DNA of 63,415 bases, filler included, from Pirum gemmata (Eukaryota): assembly GCA_002812295.1 (NCBI GenBank). It is 20 parts of 20 records of this genome, joined end to end, with 100 filler letters (N's around TTAATTAATTAA, not from the genome) between each part and the next. Parts side by side here need not be neighbours in the genome. Positions count along the whole stretch, not along the records: positions 1 to 2,928 come from PDIN01004060.1; positions 3,029 to 5,923 come from PDIN01004061.1; positions 6,024 to 8,921 come from PDIN01004062.1; positions 9,022 to 11,940 come from PDIN01004063.1; positions 12,041 to 14,972 come from PDIN01004064.1; 15 more parts are not named here. One strand, 5' to 3'. Each line of letters opens with the position of its first letter. Position 1 is the stretch's first letter. Positions 1-12,120 of this stretch are shown piece by piece. The position numbers and the translations under genes are program-made. The notes below the pieces were generated by a model. It was not told the origin of the DNA. It searched no databases and was given only the letters and a program-made list of their open reading frames with translations.

Positions 1-704
1 AAAAAAAAAAAAAAAATGAGGAAAAAAAAAAAAAAAAAAACTTTTCATATTTAAAACATGAAAGAAGTGACTATGTTATACTGAGACGGGAGACGCGCTG
101 AGACGGTATCATAGCCTAACTCAATAGCTAACACAAAACAGTTGACTAACCCTGGGTCAGTGGAATTAATTATTATTATTAATTTTCCATATATAGTAGT
201 AATTGACTAACCACCCTTGGTGAACTCTCTTTTAGCATGTTTTTCTTTTTTTAATTTTATTTATTTATTTATTTTAATTTTTTTTTGTTTTTTTCTATTT
301 TTTTTTTCAATTAAAAAATAAATAAATAAAAAAAGCTCAAAAGAAGTTTGTGAAATAAATAGTTCACTAACGCTTAATTTGGTACAGTTACTATTAATTT
401 TATCAGTTTTACTTAACTATTATATTCATCTGGAAATATTAGAAATAAAAAAAATTGATTTTACAACCATAACAAATAAGCAAATAAATAAAAACTTACC
501 TTTAATAACAGTAGTCCCCCTTTTTAGTTTTTTGCCTTTTACCCCTTCATCATTACCATAATCATTTCGATTGTTATTGGAATTTTTATTGTAATGTTCT
601 TTTTTATTTTCAATTTTGGTTTGCTTTCTACTCGCAATCGCTTTCATGGATTTAGGGGGATCTCGTAAAGAGAACGATTTAGCAACGTGACCTTCAATAA
701 TAAC

Positions 705-755
<51 letters not shown>

Positions 756-939
756 CCCATTAACTGAATGTCAAATCTACTAAGTTCTCCCCCATCTAGA
801 ATTAACTGAAACTAATTTCATGTTGTACATTTATTATTGATTTATTTGTTGCTATATGTGTATGGTTTATATACTCATTATTAAAAAAAACTAAAGAATA
901 AATTTCCAAATAAAACAAACACTTACACAGTTTTGCACG

Positions 940-1779
940 ATGAACTACTTAGGAACCAACGATACTAACCTAACTTTGAAAACAGGTCAAAGTTATGTTT
1001 TAAAAGTTTTCGATAAAGACCTTTACGCCCAACCAGTTTATCGTAAAATTTGCATACCTGCCCGAGCGAATGACCCCGTTAACAAATGCGATGAAGGTGT
1101 TTTTTTACAATTTGTAAAGCGCCCAATCCGACATGAAATGCGAATGGTAGAAAAAGTATTACAATTTGGAAACAGAAATAAGACTTACGCTGCCTTGGCT
1201 ACTAATGTTTACAATAACACTTTGTGCGCAAATTTTTCATGTTATTTTCGTAACTATTATGTTAACAACCTAGATGACAGCGAGTTTCAAGCATTTGCTT
1301 TTGCTCAAGCTAATCATCCTTTTAAAAATGTAACGATTAAAACGTTCCGACTAAGATTTTTGGTTAAAAATAGTAGGCTAACTTTGGGTTATCTTACTAA
1401 TAGTCTAAGTAAAGGTGCGAGTGTTTTTTCATATGAAAATCCTAACAATCATCCTTATTTTATTTCGGGTACTTCATTAAACCCCAATCATCATGGTAAT
1501 GTTGATGATAAAGAGACCTACTTTGAAATGATTCCTATCGATGACGCAAGCATTCCGTATTCTGTTGAACCCCTACCTACAGTACCCACTAACCCTAACC
1601 CAACCATTAACCCAAACCCAACCACTAACCCTAACCCAACCACTAACCCTAACCCAACCACTAACCCTAACCCAACCACTAACCCTAACCCAACCACTAA
1701 CCCTAACCTGAGTAGTAATGGTAATAACAAACTTGTGATTGCGTCGTATTTGATTAGTGCTGTTTCTTTATTCTTTTAA
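940..1779 (+). CDS. Putative cell-surface (possibly GPI-anchored) protein with a Pro/Thr/Asn stalk; 5' end may lie in an upstream exon
   Basis: 279-aa ORF with a globular-looking N-terminal part, a (TNPNPT)n stalk and a small-residue plus hydrophobic C-terminus (SSNGNNKLVIASYLISAVSLFF). A candidate in-frame acceptor ACTTACACAG ends at 930. Confidence 0.7.
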   Translation: MNYLGTNDTNLTLKTGQSYVLKVFDKDLYAQPVYRKICIPARANDPVNKCDEGVFLQFVKRPIRHEMRMVEKVLQFGNRNKTYAALATNVYNNTLCANFSCYFRNYYVNNLDDSEFQAFAFAQANHPFKNVTIKTFRLRFLVKNSRLTLGYLTNSLSKGASVFSYENPNNHPYFISGTSLNPNHHGNVDDKETYFEMIPIDDASIPYSVEPLPTVPTNPNPTINPNPTTNPNPTTNPNPTTNPNPTTNPNPTTNPNLSSNGNNKLVIASYLISAVSLFF

Positions 1780-2189
1780 TTCAAATGAATAAAATTAGTG
1801 TTTGATTTAGGTTTAGGAACTGTTTAGGGTCAGATTTAAAAGGACATGTCGTAGTTATGTGACTGTTATGTGTATAATGTAATTTTAATTATAAAAATAA
1901 TAATGTTATTACTACACTACATTTTAAAATTGTAAATGGAAATCCATTTATAATAATTATTTGATCTTATTTTTGTAATTTTTAATTATTAATAAATTGC
2001 AAATTTTGTTACATTTTATATTTTGTATAATAAATTCAATTAATTAATTAAAATTGCCAATTTCAATTTCCCTCTCAATCTTTAATTTGGTACTGTTTAA
2101 GTGTATTATTGAACTTATTTATAAAATACAAAATAAAGTATAAAATACCAAATTAATTAATTGATACGTTTATTTTATTTAATAAAAGC

Positions 2190-2419
2190 GTTTGGTTGTT
2201 TGGTTGTTTGGTTGTTTGGTTGTTTAGTTGTTTGGTTGTTTAGTTGTTTAGTTGTTTAGTTGTTTAGTTGTTTGGTTGTTTAGTTGTTTGGTTGCTTGGT
2301 TGTTTGGTTGTTTGGTTGTTTAGTTGTTTAGTTGTTTAGTTGTTTGGTTGTTTAGTTGTTTGGTTGTTTGGTTGTTTAGTTGTTTGGTTGTTTGGTTGTT
2401 TGGTTGTTTGGTTGTTTGG
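2190..2419. repeat. (TTGTTTGG/TTGTTTAG)n 8-mer microsatellite
   Basis: Seen directly; it produces the spurious ORFs 2324..2539 and 2340..2564. Confidence 0.95.
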
Positions 2420-2531
2420 AATCCTAACGCTAACGCTAACCCTAATTTTTACCCTCTCCTACACTATACCCTGCTCTTTCCCTCACTCGTACGGTCGTAC
2501 CTGCACATTCTCCCTGCACTATTCTCACTAC

Positions 2532-2796
2532 ACCAGTAAAAAATCTGAAGATGGAAAAATCTGAACATGGAATTGTCGAATTGAATCTAAAAGGGTATTT
2601 TTGTCAACTAAGGCATCTAGATTGGTATTTAAAACTCTTTAATCGACATCTGGTACACATTTTTTTTTTGAGCAAAATAAAGGATCAAAAAAAATATCGA
2701 TTCGATGGTTTTAAGGTCTAAAAATACCAATCTAGATGTCTTAGTTGACAAAAATACCCTTCTAGATTCAATTCCATCTTCAGATTTTTTACTGGT
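2532..2796. mobile_element. MITE-like element with about 75-bp terminal inverted repeats
   Basis: Left arm ACCAGTAAAAAATCTGAAGATGGAA...GAATCTAAAAGGGTATTTTTGTCAACTAAGGCATCTAGATTGGTATTT matches the reverse complement of about 2721..2796. No TSD evident. Confidence 0.75.
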
Positions 2797-2842
2797 AGGT
2801 AGTAGCTAGCTACCAGATTCTGGAAAGCTAGAGTGGAAATTT

Positions 2843-2928
2843 TAGGGTTAGGGTTAAGGGTATGGTTAGGTTTAGGGTGAGGGCGAAGGTGAGGGTGAGG
2901 GTGAGGGTGAGGGTTAGGGTTAGGGTTA
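2843..2928 (+). repeat. Telomere-like TTAGGG/TGAGGG tract at scaffold end
   Basis: Degenerate hexamer repeats seen directly. Confidence 0.85.
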
Positions 2929-3028
2929 NNNNNNNNNNNNNNNNNNNNNNNNNNNNNNNNNNNNNNNNNNNNTTAATTAATTAANNNNNNNNNNNNNNNN
3001 NNNNNNNNNNNNNNNNNNNNNNNNNNNN
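2929..3028. other. Artificial scaffold-joining spacer (N44-TTAATTAATTAA-N44), first of 19
   Basis: Identical 100-nt spacer with stops in all six frames also starts at 5924, 8922, 11941, 14973, 18006, 22579, 25629, 28657, 31647, 35137, 38187, 41236, 44259, 47277, 51286, 54301, 57321 and 60369. Segments are about 2.9 kb. The three longer ones contain single-N joins (19627, 34697, 48299). Confidence 0.98.
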
Positions 3029-3332
3029 ATTTTATTTATTTATTTATTTATTTATTTAATCATTTTTGCTATATATAAATTGATTTCTAAAGGTAGTAAG
3101 AATACGATGACAAAATGAAATTTTTTTTTTGTATTGATCTATACAATTTTTGAGTTTTTTCACTTCTAGATATTTTCCACTTCTAGATAATTTTCGGTCC
3201 ATAATTTTCATGGATTTCTTAGGCTATTTAGCGTCACAGCTTGTGAATCTTGAAGGAGTTTGACCAATGATCTATATGGGCTCTTACAATGTATACGTAA
3301 TGAACCATAACGATATGCAAACGGTCTGAAAA

Positions 3333-3491
3333 TTCCCACTTTATGTTCAAAATATTCAAACATATTAAATTACTTATATTTGAAAACCAATATTAAAATT
3401 TCGAACATACTAATGTTCGAGCTTTAATTTTCAAACATAAGTAATTTAATATATTTGAAAGTTTCGAATATGTACAAAAAAAGGTGAGAAC
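3333..3491. repeat. Long imperfect palindrome (foldback/MITE-like)
   Basis: TTCAAACATATTAAATTACTTATATTTGAAAA pairs with TTTTCAAACATAAGTAATTTAATATATTTGAA around a TCGAACAT-acta-ATGTTCGA core. Confidence 0.7.
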
Positions 3492-3945
3492 TTTAATTAG
3501 AAAAAAAGTTGGACGTTTTTTATCGGTGTATATACTATATAGACCTAAAACAGCCTAAAACAGCTTCTAAAACCGCCTAATGCCCATACCTTTATACCTT
3601 GGTTATAATATTATCCTGTAATAATAATATAATTATAATCTTGGTATGATTCAGCCAGAGACTGGCTTATATAATAAGCTGTTATAGCCAACTTTCTGCT
3701 CAGTACTAGAGTCATTAGAGTCTGGTTAGTCCAGTCATATAATTTTCCAATTCTTGTTGAACCTTTTTTGAGCTGAGCTTCTGAATGGTTGGGCGCTTGC
3801 TGATTATGTGTGTTGGTTGGTCACTTTTGGTTTTTGAAAATTCGTTCGATCGGTATGATAGCAGTATGGTAGTACTACCATAGAATTACTGTATGGTCTT
3901 TGTTATAATATTATGAATATGACATAGAATTTTTTTTTTTTTTTT

Positions 3946-4183
3946 CCAAGCCGGGTTATAAAAGTGGACTATATCTTTTTTTTTAAGACTTCTTTTCTAA
4001 AATCTTTAATTTTAATTAGCCAAATTATTTTTAAAAACAAGCCATTGGTTCATAATAGAATTTTTTAATTAGACTATTTCTCAGTATTTGGTAGTACTTT
4101 CATTAAAATTGGATCATTTTGAGATTTTTTGTATTTTTGAGCTCATATGCAAATATGGATATCGCCATTTTTATCCGGCTTGG
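3946..4183. mobile_element. MITE family A (TIR about CCAAGCCGGATAAAA, about 240 bp)
   Basis: Near-identical copy at 29878..30115, a reverse copy ending at 9677 followed by another end at 9728, and fragments near 36843 and 63280..63380. Confidence 0.75.
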
Positions 4184-4907
4184 AAAAGAAAAAAAAATTA
4201 CCCCCAAAAAAACCCTTTCTAAAGAAAAAAAAATAAAAAAAAATAAATAAAAAAAAAAACAAAAACATCTTTTTTTTAACGCAATCTTCCCCTTACTGGT
4301 CCTTATAATTGTTAGAGAGCTAATAAAAAAAATTTCTTACACAAACAACAACAGGGTGCTATATTATTGGTGACAATAAAAACAACAACAAGCAAACAAG
4401 ACAAATTAGTTATCTTGAAAGTTATATCAACTTCTCAACCAATGTAAGAAAAACTACTGAAAACTCTAGAAAAAGAAAAAAGCCGACAAAAAAAGAAAAA
4501 AAAAAAAAAAAAACAACAAAAAAAAAAAAAAAAAAAAAAAAAGCTAAAGAAGCCAATGGATGATGTTGAATGAAATTGATGCTGGGAATCGATGCTGTGT
4601 CTGCCTATGCCCATACTACTAGTACTAAGCCTCGGAACTATGACACCTTAGTCATGTAGATAGACCTACACACTCCTAAACCCTCAAATCTAATAGAAAT
4701 ACTCGACTTGTCTAAACCAACTCTCCAAAAGTTGGAAATTGAAAGCTGTTTGTATGCGTTGTATACCCATACATATTATAAAGTATTAGTATTTGTATTG
4801 TTATGATGTTGTTGACTTATCGTTCTTTTAAAAAATAAAATCACACCTTATTGTTAACTCATCACTCTTCTAATAAATCACACTAAACAAAAAATTTTTT
4901 ATTTTAA

Positions 4908-5140
4908 TTATAATTATTATATATTATCATATCATAGGTATCAATAACGTCATGTTTCACTACAAAAAAAAAAAAACTTAACAAAAGAAAAACTTTGCAT
5001 TAAATTTTTAACTCTTGATTAAATAACTATATGATATTGATAATTATTATCATGATATCATAGTTATCAATAACGTCATGTTTTACTACAAAAAAAAAAA
5101 ACTAACAAAAGAAAAACTTTGCACACTCGTTTACAACTCT
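4908..5140. repeat. Tandem duplication, two copies of about 130 bp
   Basis: TATCAATAACGTCATGTTT...AACAAAAGAAAAACTTTGCA occurs twice. Confidence 0.85.
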
Positions 5141-5890
5141 TGCTGTATGCTCCTACCAGCTGACTATAAACCGTACAGTATTATATGATAGGTGTAGTAA
5201 ATTCTAATACACACATTATATATATGTATTATTATTATTATTAGACAAGCAACAATTTTGGGAACCAATAGTATGCAATAGATGAGTAAAGAACAAAAAA
5301 AGTATTTGTGTGGGTTTTATTTGTATTTTTTTTTCGTTTTTTTGGGGATAGTGGTTTCACAGCAGGTTTTCAAAGTAAAAAAAAAATAACAAAAATAAAA
5401 AATAAAATAAAAAGTTTTATTTTTATTTTTTATTTCTTGTTTTGTTGGTATGATATTTTCATCTTCTTCCTATTTGTCCATTGTATTCATCTATGGTTCA
5501 TCTATGTACATAAAGATCAATCTACCAAATAGTTGATAGTGGTTAATTCTTTAAATACATGAAACTGGCAATCAATATTACGGTTATTGTTACTATTGCT
5601 ATTATAATATATATATTATTAATATATATATTACTTATAATACCGATATAATGATAAACACAGACACAACTTAGGAAATACATCCATAACAACCATTATA
5701 TTACATATATACTATTAATAATATTAGTATTACTATTAATAATTTATAATATTACTATTACTATTAATGATATCACTATTAATATTAATGATATTACTAT
5801 TGCTATATATATTACAACACTGTTACTATCATTAATTGTAATATTATTACTTATAATACCAATATAACGATAAATTACTATTACGTATTC

Positions 5891-5923
<33 letters not shown>

Positions 5924-6042
5924 NNNNNNNNNNNNNNNNNNNNNNNNNNNNNNNNNNNNNNNNNNNNTTAATTAATTAANNNNNNNNNNNNNNNNNNNNN
6001 NNNNNNNNNNNNNNNNNNNNNNNGTTTGTTTGTTTGTTTGTT

Positions 6043-6089
<47 letters not shown>

Positions 6090-6265
6090 ACTCAGCCTCA
6101 TACAAACAGTGGTAGATGTAAATAGCAAATGTCCGTTTTGTCAAAGTTAATTGCTGTGTTGATAAGCATGTTACTAATAAACCTGCAATTGACTCTGAGA
6201 TGCCTAAGTAATTATTTTTCAAAATAAAATGACCGACCACTAATTTTTAAATTGCCCATTATTAG

Positions 6266-8285
6266 AGCGAAAAAAAAGGTGAGTCTCTCACTAAAGAAGT
6301 TAATCAAAAAGAAGAAGAGTTAATAAATTCGAATGCAAATTTTAAAGAACTGGAAAAGGTAACTATATATAATACTCAATATATAGATTAGTATTGCTTA
6401 TGTACAGTAATTCCATTAATATCTGACCCATATGGTCTTTTGACATAATAAATACACCAATTTTAGATTGATGGTACTGTTTTTTCAAATATATATATTC
6501 GTTCTTTTTCATGGGGCGTGATAAAAACAGCCACCATTCTTAAGTTTTAAGTTTTAATTGTCTACTTTTTTTATATATGTTTCGATTATATAGCAAAAAC
6601 TCAAAATAAAGAATTTGAAACAAAGTATTTCTGAAACAGAAGTTTTAACAACTGAAAGCAAAAATGCTTATAGCGATGGCCTGAAAAATTTTGCATCCAA
6701 TTCAGCCTATATTCACGAGGTATAAAAACTTGATATATATATGTTTCATGCAAGAATCAAATTATATTTAATTGGATTTAGTAATTTTAATGGTTTTCAA
6801 GTTTCGATTTAGTTACACTAATTATTCGATAACAGTTTAATGATTAAACTTCCCTTTTAATTGTATTCGCGTCTAATCAATGGTAACCTAATATCCACAG
6901 TTGAACCATGTATTTGGGAGCGTTTATGTATGGGGTCACTCCATTTTTTGTAATTCTGTGCCCACCCTCCCCCTTCCTCTCCGAGTGACGTCATTTATGA
7001 ATGCTCCCTTTAGAGTTCCAATTAAAAAGTTCAATAATTATAATTGATACATTTAGGGCTATGATTCATATACAAATACACTCGTAAATATAACGTAATG
7101 AATTTATAATTTTATTAGCAACTAGAAAAGCTAGAGGAAGAACGTTTAGAGAATTTGCATACGAAAAGTAGCTCCATCTTTAAAGATCAAGTATTGTACC
7201 CTAATAATCTAAATCAGGTAAATCATGTTTTGTTTCATTCTCCTCTTAAAAGACACACCCACATATTCTAATTAGTTTTTACTTTCATTGATAGTTTTTC
7301 TTTTATTTTTAACTTTTTGAAAAACAAAACAAAAAAAGCAAGAAAACAAAAATATAAGCAAAAAAGGGGGCGCGCAGGGGTAATTAGGTATTTAGGGGTA
7401 GGGCCTGTAGGTGGATTTCATTATTTTAATAACGAAAGGTTAGGGTTAGGGTTAGGGTTAAGGTTAAGGAGTCTAAATGTAACATTCAGTTTTTCCTTAT
7501 TTTTCTTTTATTCGCTTTGCCAACTACTTCTCTTGCGTCGTTCATTTATTTACGCACTGTGTATTCCTTTTGCATATAAATCCCTTTTCTCAAATTTTAA
7601 ACTGCATTAGATAATGGTTGCATTTGAACAAGAGACATTATCAAATGTATATCAAGCATTCCTTGATAGCACCAGAAACTATGTTGCAAACAAAGCAGAT
7701 TTGGAGCAGGTTAGTTTACTAATTTATTTTACAAATTAATCATTTCTAGTAATACTAATATCATGGTCATAGTACTATTATAACACTACAATAACTATTA
7801 CAAATTATTAGTTATTAGTATTAATTAATTATGTATGTGTAAGCAACTACTATGTACATACTATATTATTACTAGCAAAATATAAGTTTGAATATACACT
7901 TTATTACGAGTACTGGCATAATATTTTGTTACTAATAAGAAAGTCTGAAGCAAATTAAATTATAGTATTTCATTAAGTTATGTGTATTATTGGGAAAAAA
8001 CAGTTAATAATGTGATGGGAGTGTGAATTCGAACTTTATAGTAAATGTTAACCTGGATTAGTATTAATGGTTATTTAAAGGAAAGAGGATGAAAATTGTG
8101 CGTTGTGGTAAGGTTGAGGTGAAATGAGAGTCATGAGTTTATAAGATAAAAAAATTTAGTAGTAACAGTAATAACTTTTAGCTATTAGTAATAGTAATGC
8201 TCGCACTTTTATCACAATTTTTCCTTTGAAGTTATTGATCCGTTGTGTTTGAATAAAAATATCATTGTTATCATTATTATCATTG

Positions 8286-8381
<96 letters not shown>

Positions 8382-8539
8382 GTTAACGTTGTTTTGTAAA
8401 TATGTAGTGAAGATGATGATTTTGGGTTTTCTGATGATAGCTCTGATTTAGACGATCTTGTTAACGAAAAAGAAGAAAATGACAAACAAATAGAACTACA
8501 AAAACAAGCGGAAATAAGAGAAAAACAAAAGATAATCAG
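6266..8539 (+). CDS. Multi-exon coiled-coil protein fragment, probably F-BAR-like (exons 6266-6358, 6594-6719, 7119-7217, 7611-7709, 8408-8539; partial)
   Basis: Four phase-0 GT-AG exons join without stops: SEKKGESLTKEVNQKEEELINSNANFKELEK / QKLKIKNLKQ...AYIHE / QLEKLEEERLENLHTK... / IMVAFEQ...DLEQ. QLEKLEEERL resembles the end of an F-BAR domain. The acidic exon at 8408 starts in a different phase. Confidence 0.65.
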
Positions 8540-9191
8540 GTTGCATGAGTTTGGGTTACTAATTGATTTATTATTTTCATGTTATTCTTGTTGCTATTAT
8601 TCTTGTTGTTGTAGTAGATTTTTGTTGTTGTTGTTGTTTGTTGTTTGTTGTTGTTTTTGTTGGTGTTGTTGTTTTTTGTTGCTGTTGTGGTTCTTGTTGT
8701 TGCTGTTCTTGTTATTGCTGTTCTTGTTGTTGTTTTTGTTGGTGGTGTTGTTGTTGTTGTTGTTTGTTGTTGTTGTTGTTGTTGTTGTTTGTTGTTGTTG
8801 TTGTTGTTTTATTTTTTATTTGTTATTATTATTATTATCATTATTATTATTATTATTGGTTTGTTATTGTTATTTGTTATTTGTTATTTGTTATTTGTTA
8901 TTTGTTATTTGTTATTTGTTANNNNNNNNNNNNNNNNNNNNNNNNNNNNNNNNNNNNNNNNNNNNTTAATTAATTAANNNNNNNNNNNNNNNNNNNNNNN
9001 NNNNNNNNNNNNNNNNNNNNNTCAAACCTGAAGGAGATACCTATAGCTACTAGCTAGTAGCTAGCTACTGTAGTGTAGACCCTACTTAGGTAGACCCTAA
9101 CCCTAAGTAAAGTATGAACTTATGAAGCTAGTAAAGTAGTATGGATCAAAGTTGTTTGATTTGTAGAAGTTTGTGCATGTACTATTTTGGC

Positions 9192-10204
9192 CAATTAAAA
9201 ATGAATATTCCGTGGAAATATCCTATTAACGAATAAAAGAAAAGAGAATGGCTTTTTTTATTCAGTCAATGAATGGTCAATGAACGATCAGTACCAGTCT
9301 ACTACCATATCAAGTAATTTGACAAGTACTTGACAAGTATGGATAAATTTGAAAATAATTCGAAAAGTTGAATACGTTTATTTTATATTTTTTCACTATT
9401 TTTTCCTTTTTTTTTTTTTTTTTTTTTTTTTTAACTACCCAGCCGCGAGTCCCCCGCAACATCTGCCATGTGACTCGTGATGTGAGTAAAATCAAAATGA
9501 TCCAATTTTAAAATAAAAGTACTACCAAATTTTGAGAAATTATCTCGCTAAATAAACTCTATTATGAACCAATTGCTAGTTTTAAAAAACAATTTGGCTT
9601 GTTATTAACTTAGCATTTTAAAAAGGTTTTACAAAAGAAGCTAAAAAAAAAGATTTCTACAGTTTTATCTGGCTTGGCTGTTAAAAAAAATACTTTTAAT
9701 TAATTAATTAAAAAAAAAACTATGATACCAAGTCGGATAAAAATGGCAACTCTGGATTGACATTTTAAATTTACAATATGAATCATGATATGATATATCA
9801 TGATTATGATGGCCATATAGTAAATGTTATAATTACTATAGATAATATATCATAATTACGAGGTGTATTAATAATTGAGCGGAATTGTATATTATATAGA
9901 TTAAAAGGTTTTTTTTTTAAAAAAAAAACTGTAAGTACATAGTAGTATATTATTATATGAACCCATGGATGGTGACCAGGGTATACAGGCTTTCTTTAAA
10001 CGCTCATATTTCCAGTGCTATTGTTACTATGAAGATGGTTATTAAGAGAACTATATAGTACATGGTTTATTATTTACACTTATAATATTAATAGTCAACA
10101 TCTTCATAGCATGCATGGGTTAATTATAATTTTATATTATATATAATATCAGATATATATAATATATAATATATTATATAATAATTGTAGTTAATTAATA
10201 ATAC

Positions 10205-10236
<32 letters not shown>

Positions 10237-10600
10237 GTCATGATATATAGGCCCCCAGTCTATGGTTTTTAAAAAAACGTGTGCGTTGCAGTATCATATA
10301 TATTTATAAAATGTCTAGACTAGCTACTATGTAGACTCCAACACTCCACGAGAGCAATAGGTTACAGTTATTATATAGTTAATTAAAGTTGTAGTTTGTT
10401 GATTTGTTTCATAATACTTTAGTATTATTGATACAAGTTAATAATTTGATTGTCGTTCGATTTTAACTTGCATATGATAGAAGAGTTTCTAAAGTTAGAA
10501 AGTTATTGTTAGCTAGAGATGTTTTATGATAGTAGGAAGTTTAGTGGTGCGTTGGAGTTGTGTTGGTTTTTTTTTTTTTGAAAAAAAAAAAAAAAAAAAA

Positions 10601-10650
<50 letters not shown>

Positions 10651-10848
10651 TGTTCAACTTTTCGAATTATCAAAGTATTATCAAGTATGAGTCATACTTC
10701 AGAAGTTCAAGTCATACTTGATGTAGTATATATTAATACTGATCGTTCATTGACTGAATAAAAAAAGCCATTATCTTTTCTTTTATTCGTTGATAGGATA
10801 TTTTTTTCCTGAATAATAATAAGGTCTGAGAATATTCGTTTTCAATTG
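9192..10848. mobile_element. Non-coding element of about 1.65 kb bounded by imperfect inverted repeats of about 250 bp
   Basis: 9192..9432 is the approximate reverse complement of about 10581..10848 (e.g. AAGAGAATGGCTTTTTTATTCAGTCAATGAA, ATAATTCGAAAAGTTGAA, poly-T versus poly-A). It contains a nested family A MITE. Confidence 0.6.
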
Positions 10849-11387
10849 TATTGTCACACTAGCTAGAATTGTCACAGCTCGAGATGAGGTGATGATGTCA
10901 TACTAAACTCGAAACGTGAAGAATGGGTAAAAAGACTGGAAGCAGAAATGGGAGTTTGGGGCCTTTGGGAATAGACTAGTAGTAGCTAGCTAGTAGCTAT
11001 TACAAGTTTTACTCTGCGTGTGTTGAGCTCTAACTAAAGACTACTTACTTGCTTGTGGAAGCTTTTATTAATAGAAAGTCTACATATTTATTTATATGAT
11101 AAGGGGAGGTGAAAAGGCAAATGAGAAATGACAATAATGAAAATTATTAAATATCGTAAATAAACAAACTCGTTAATATTAGAAAATAAACTATGATATA
11201 ATAAACTTTATTACTTCAATATATTGTCTGTAACAATCATAACGAATAATCGCTACTATGATAGCTAGTAGTTCACTATCATAGTTAGTCTATCATAGAT
11301 TCATAGGATCCCGCAAACGAGATTACAAGTCTATGACATATATAATATCTAATATCATAATGTATACTGATAATGTATGGACTACTA

Positions 11388-11576
11388 TGCTTTTCATTTA
11401 TTTTGTCACTCTGGGTATTTATTTGGAGGGTTATAATCTTTTTAAATTAATTAACACATTAATTAAATCAATATATAGATAATAAAATATACCAAATGAA
11501 TTAAAAATAGATTTATATTGTATTAATTTGGTACTTTTTATTGGATATTTTATGATGTCAAAAAATTGAAAAGCAC
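11388..11576. mobile_element. MITE family B (TIR (G)TGCTTTTCA...TGAAAAGCA(C), about 140-190 bp)
   Basis: Related copies at 42693..42829, 50666..50815, 61894..62074 and a partial one at about 29690..29823, sharing TCATTTATTTTGTCACTC and ATACCAAAT/ATTTGGTA cores. Confidence 0.75.
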
Positions 11577-12120
11577 TATATACAGTACTACGAAGCCTAC
11601 GATAGTAAATAAAACTACTCAAGTAAACTTACTTTCATCACAATTTCTGTGAGCTCAAACCCATCGAGATTCGAGACCTGCCCTTGACCTGCGCCGATAG
11701 CGTGACAAGCTCAAAGTACTATGGCTAGAGTTGGAGTCCGAAAACCCCGAGTCCAAGTCAGCGAATTAAGGCTTTAGATTTTAACCAGTCGTGGGATGAA
11801 TTGCAAAAAAAGACTTTCATTGGGTAAAGGATATTTTTCAAAATTGTTAATTGGATTATACATCATAATTATTTATTTATTTACAAAAATATCATACTGT
11901 TGCAACTCTGAGTGGTTTCATAACACCTTGCTTTTTTTTTNNNNNNNNNNNNNNNNNNNNNNNNNNNNNNNNNNNNNNNNNNNNTTAATTAATTAANNNN
12001 NNNNNNNNNNNNNNNNNNNNNNNNNNNNNNNNNNNNNNNNAATAATAATAACAATAATAATAATAATAATAATAATAATAATCATAATCATAATCATATT
12101 ACTAATAATCAATAAAGACA

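Noticed and set aside
3190..3850. Possible minus-strand exons in GC-richer patches (also 44540-44820)
   Set aside because: Several short frames are equally plausible and none has a recognisable motif.
8541..8977. ORFs made of poly-L/V/C/I/Y runs (also 2324-2564, 16698-17901, 18783-19266, 26395, 47383-47878, 53964, 60413, 60962-61253)
   Set aside because: Translations of microsatellites or homopolymers; those ending in LIN read into the spacer.
11650..11810. GC-richer non-coding islands as possible tRNA/snRNA (also 80-230, 18310-18410, 51000-51150, 55460-55570)
   Set aside because: No tRNA cloverleaf, A/B boxes, Sm site or rRNA signature recognisable by eye; a covariance-model search would be needed.
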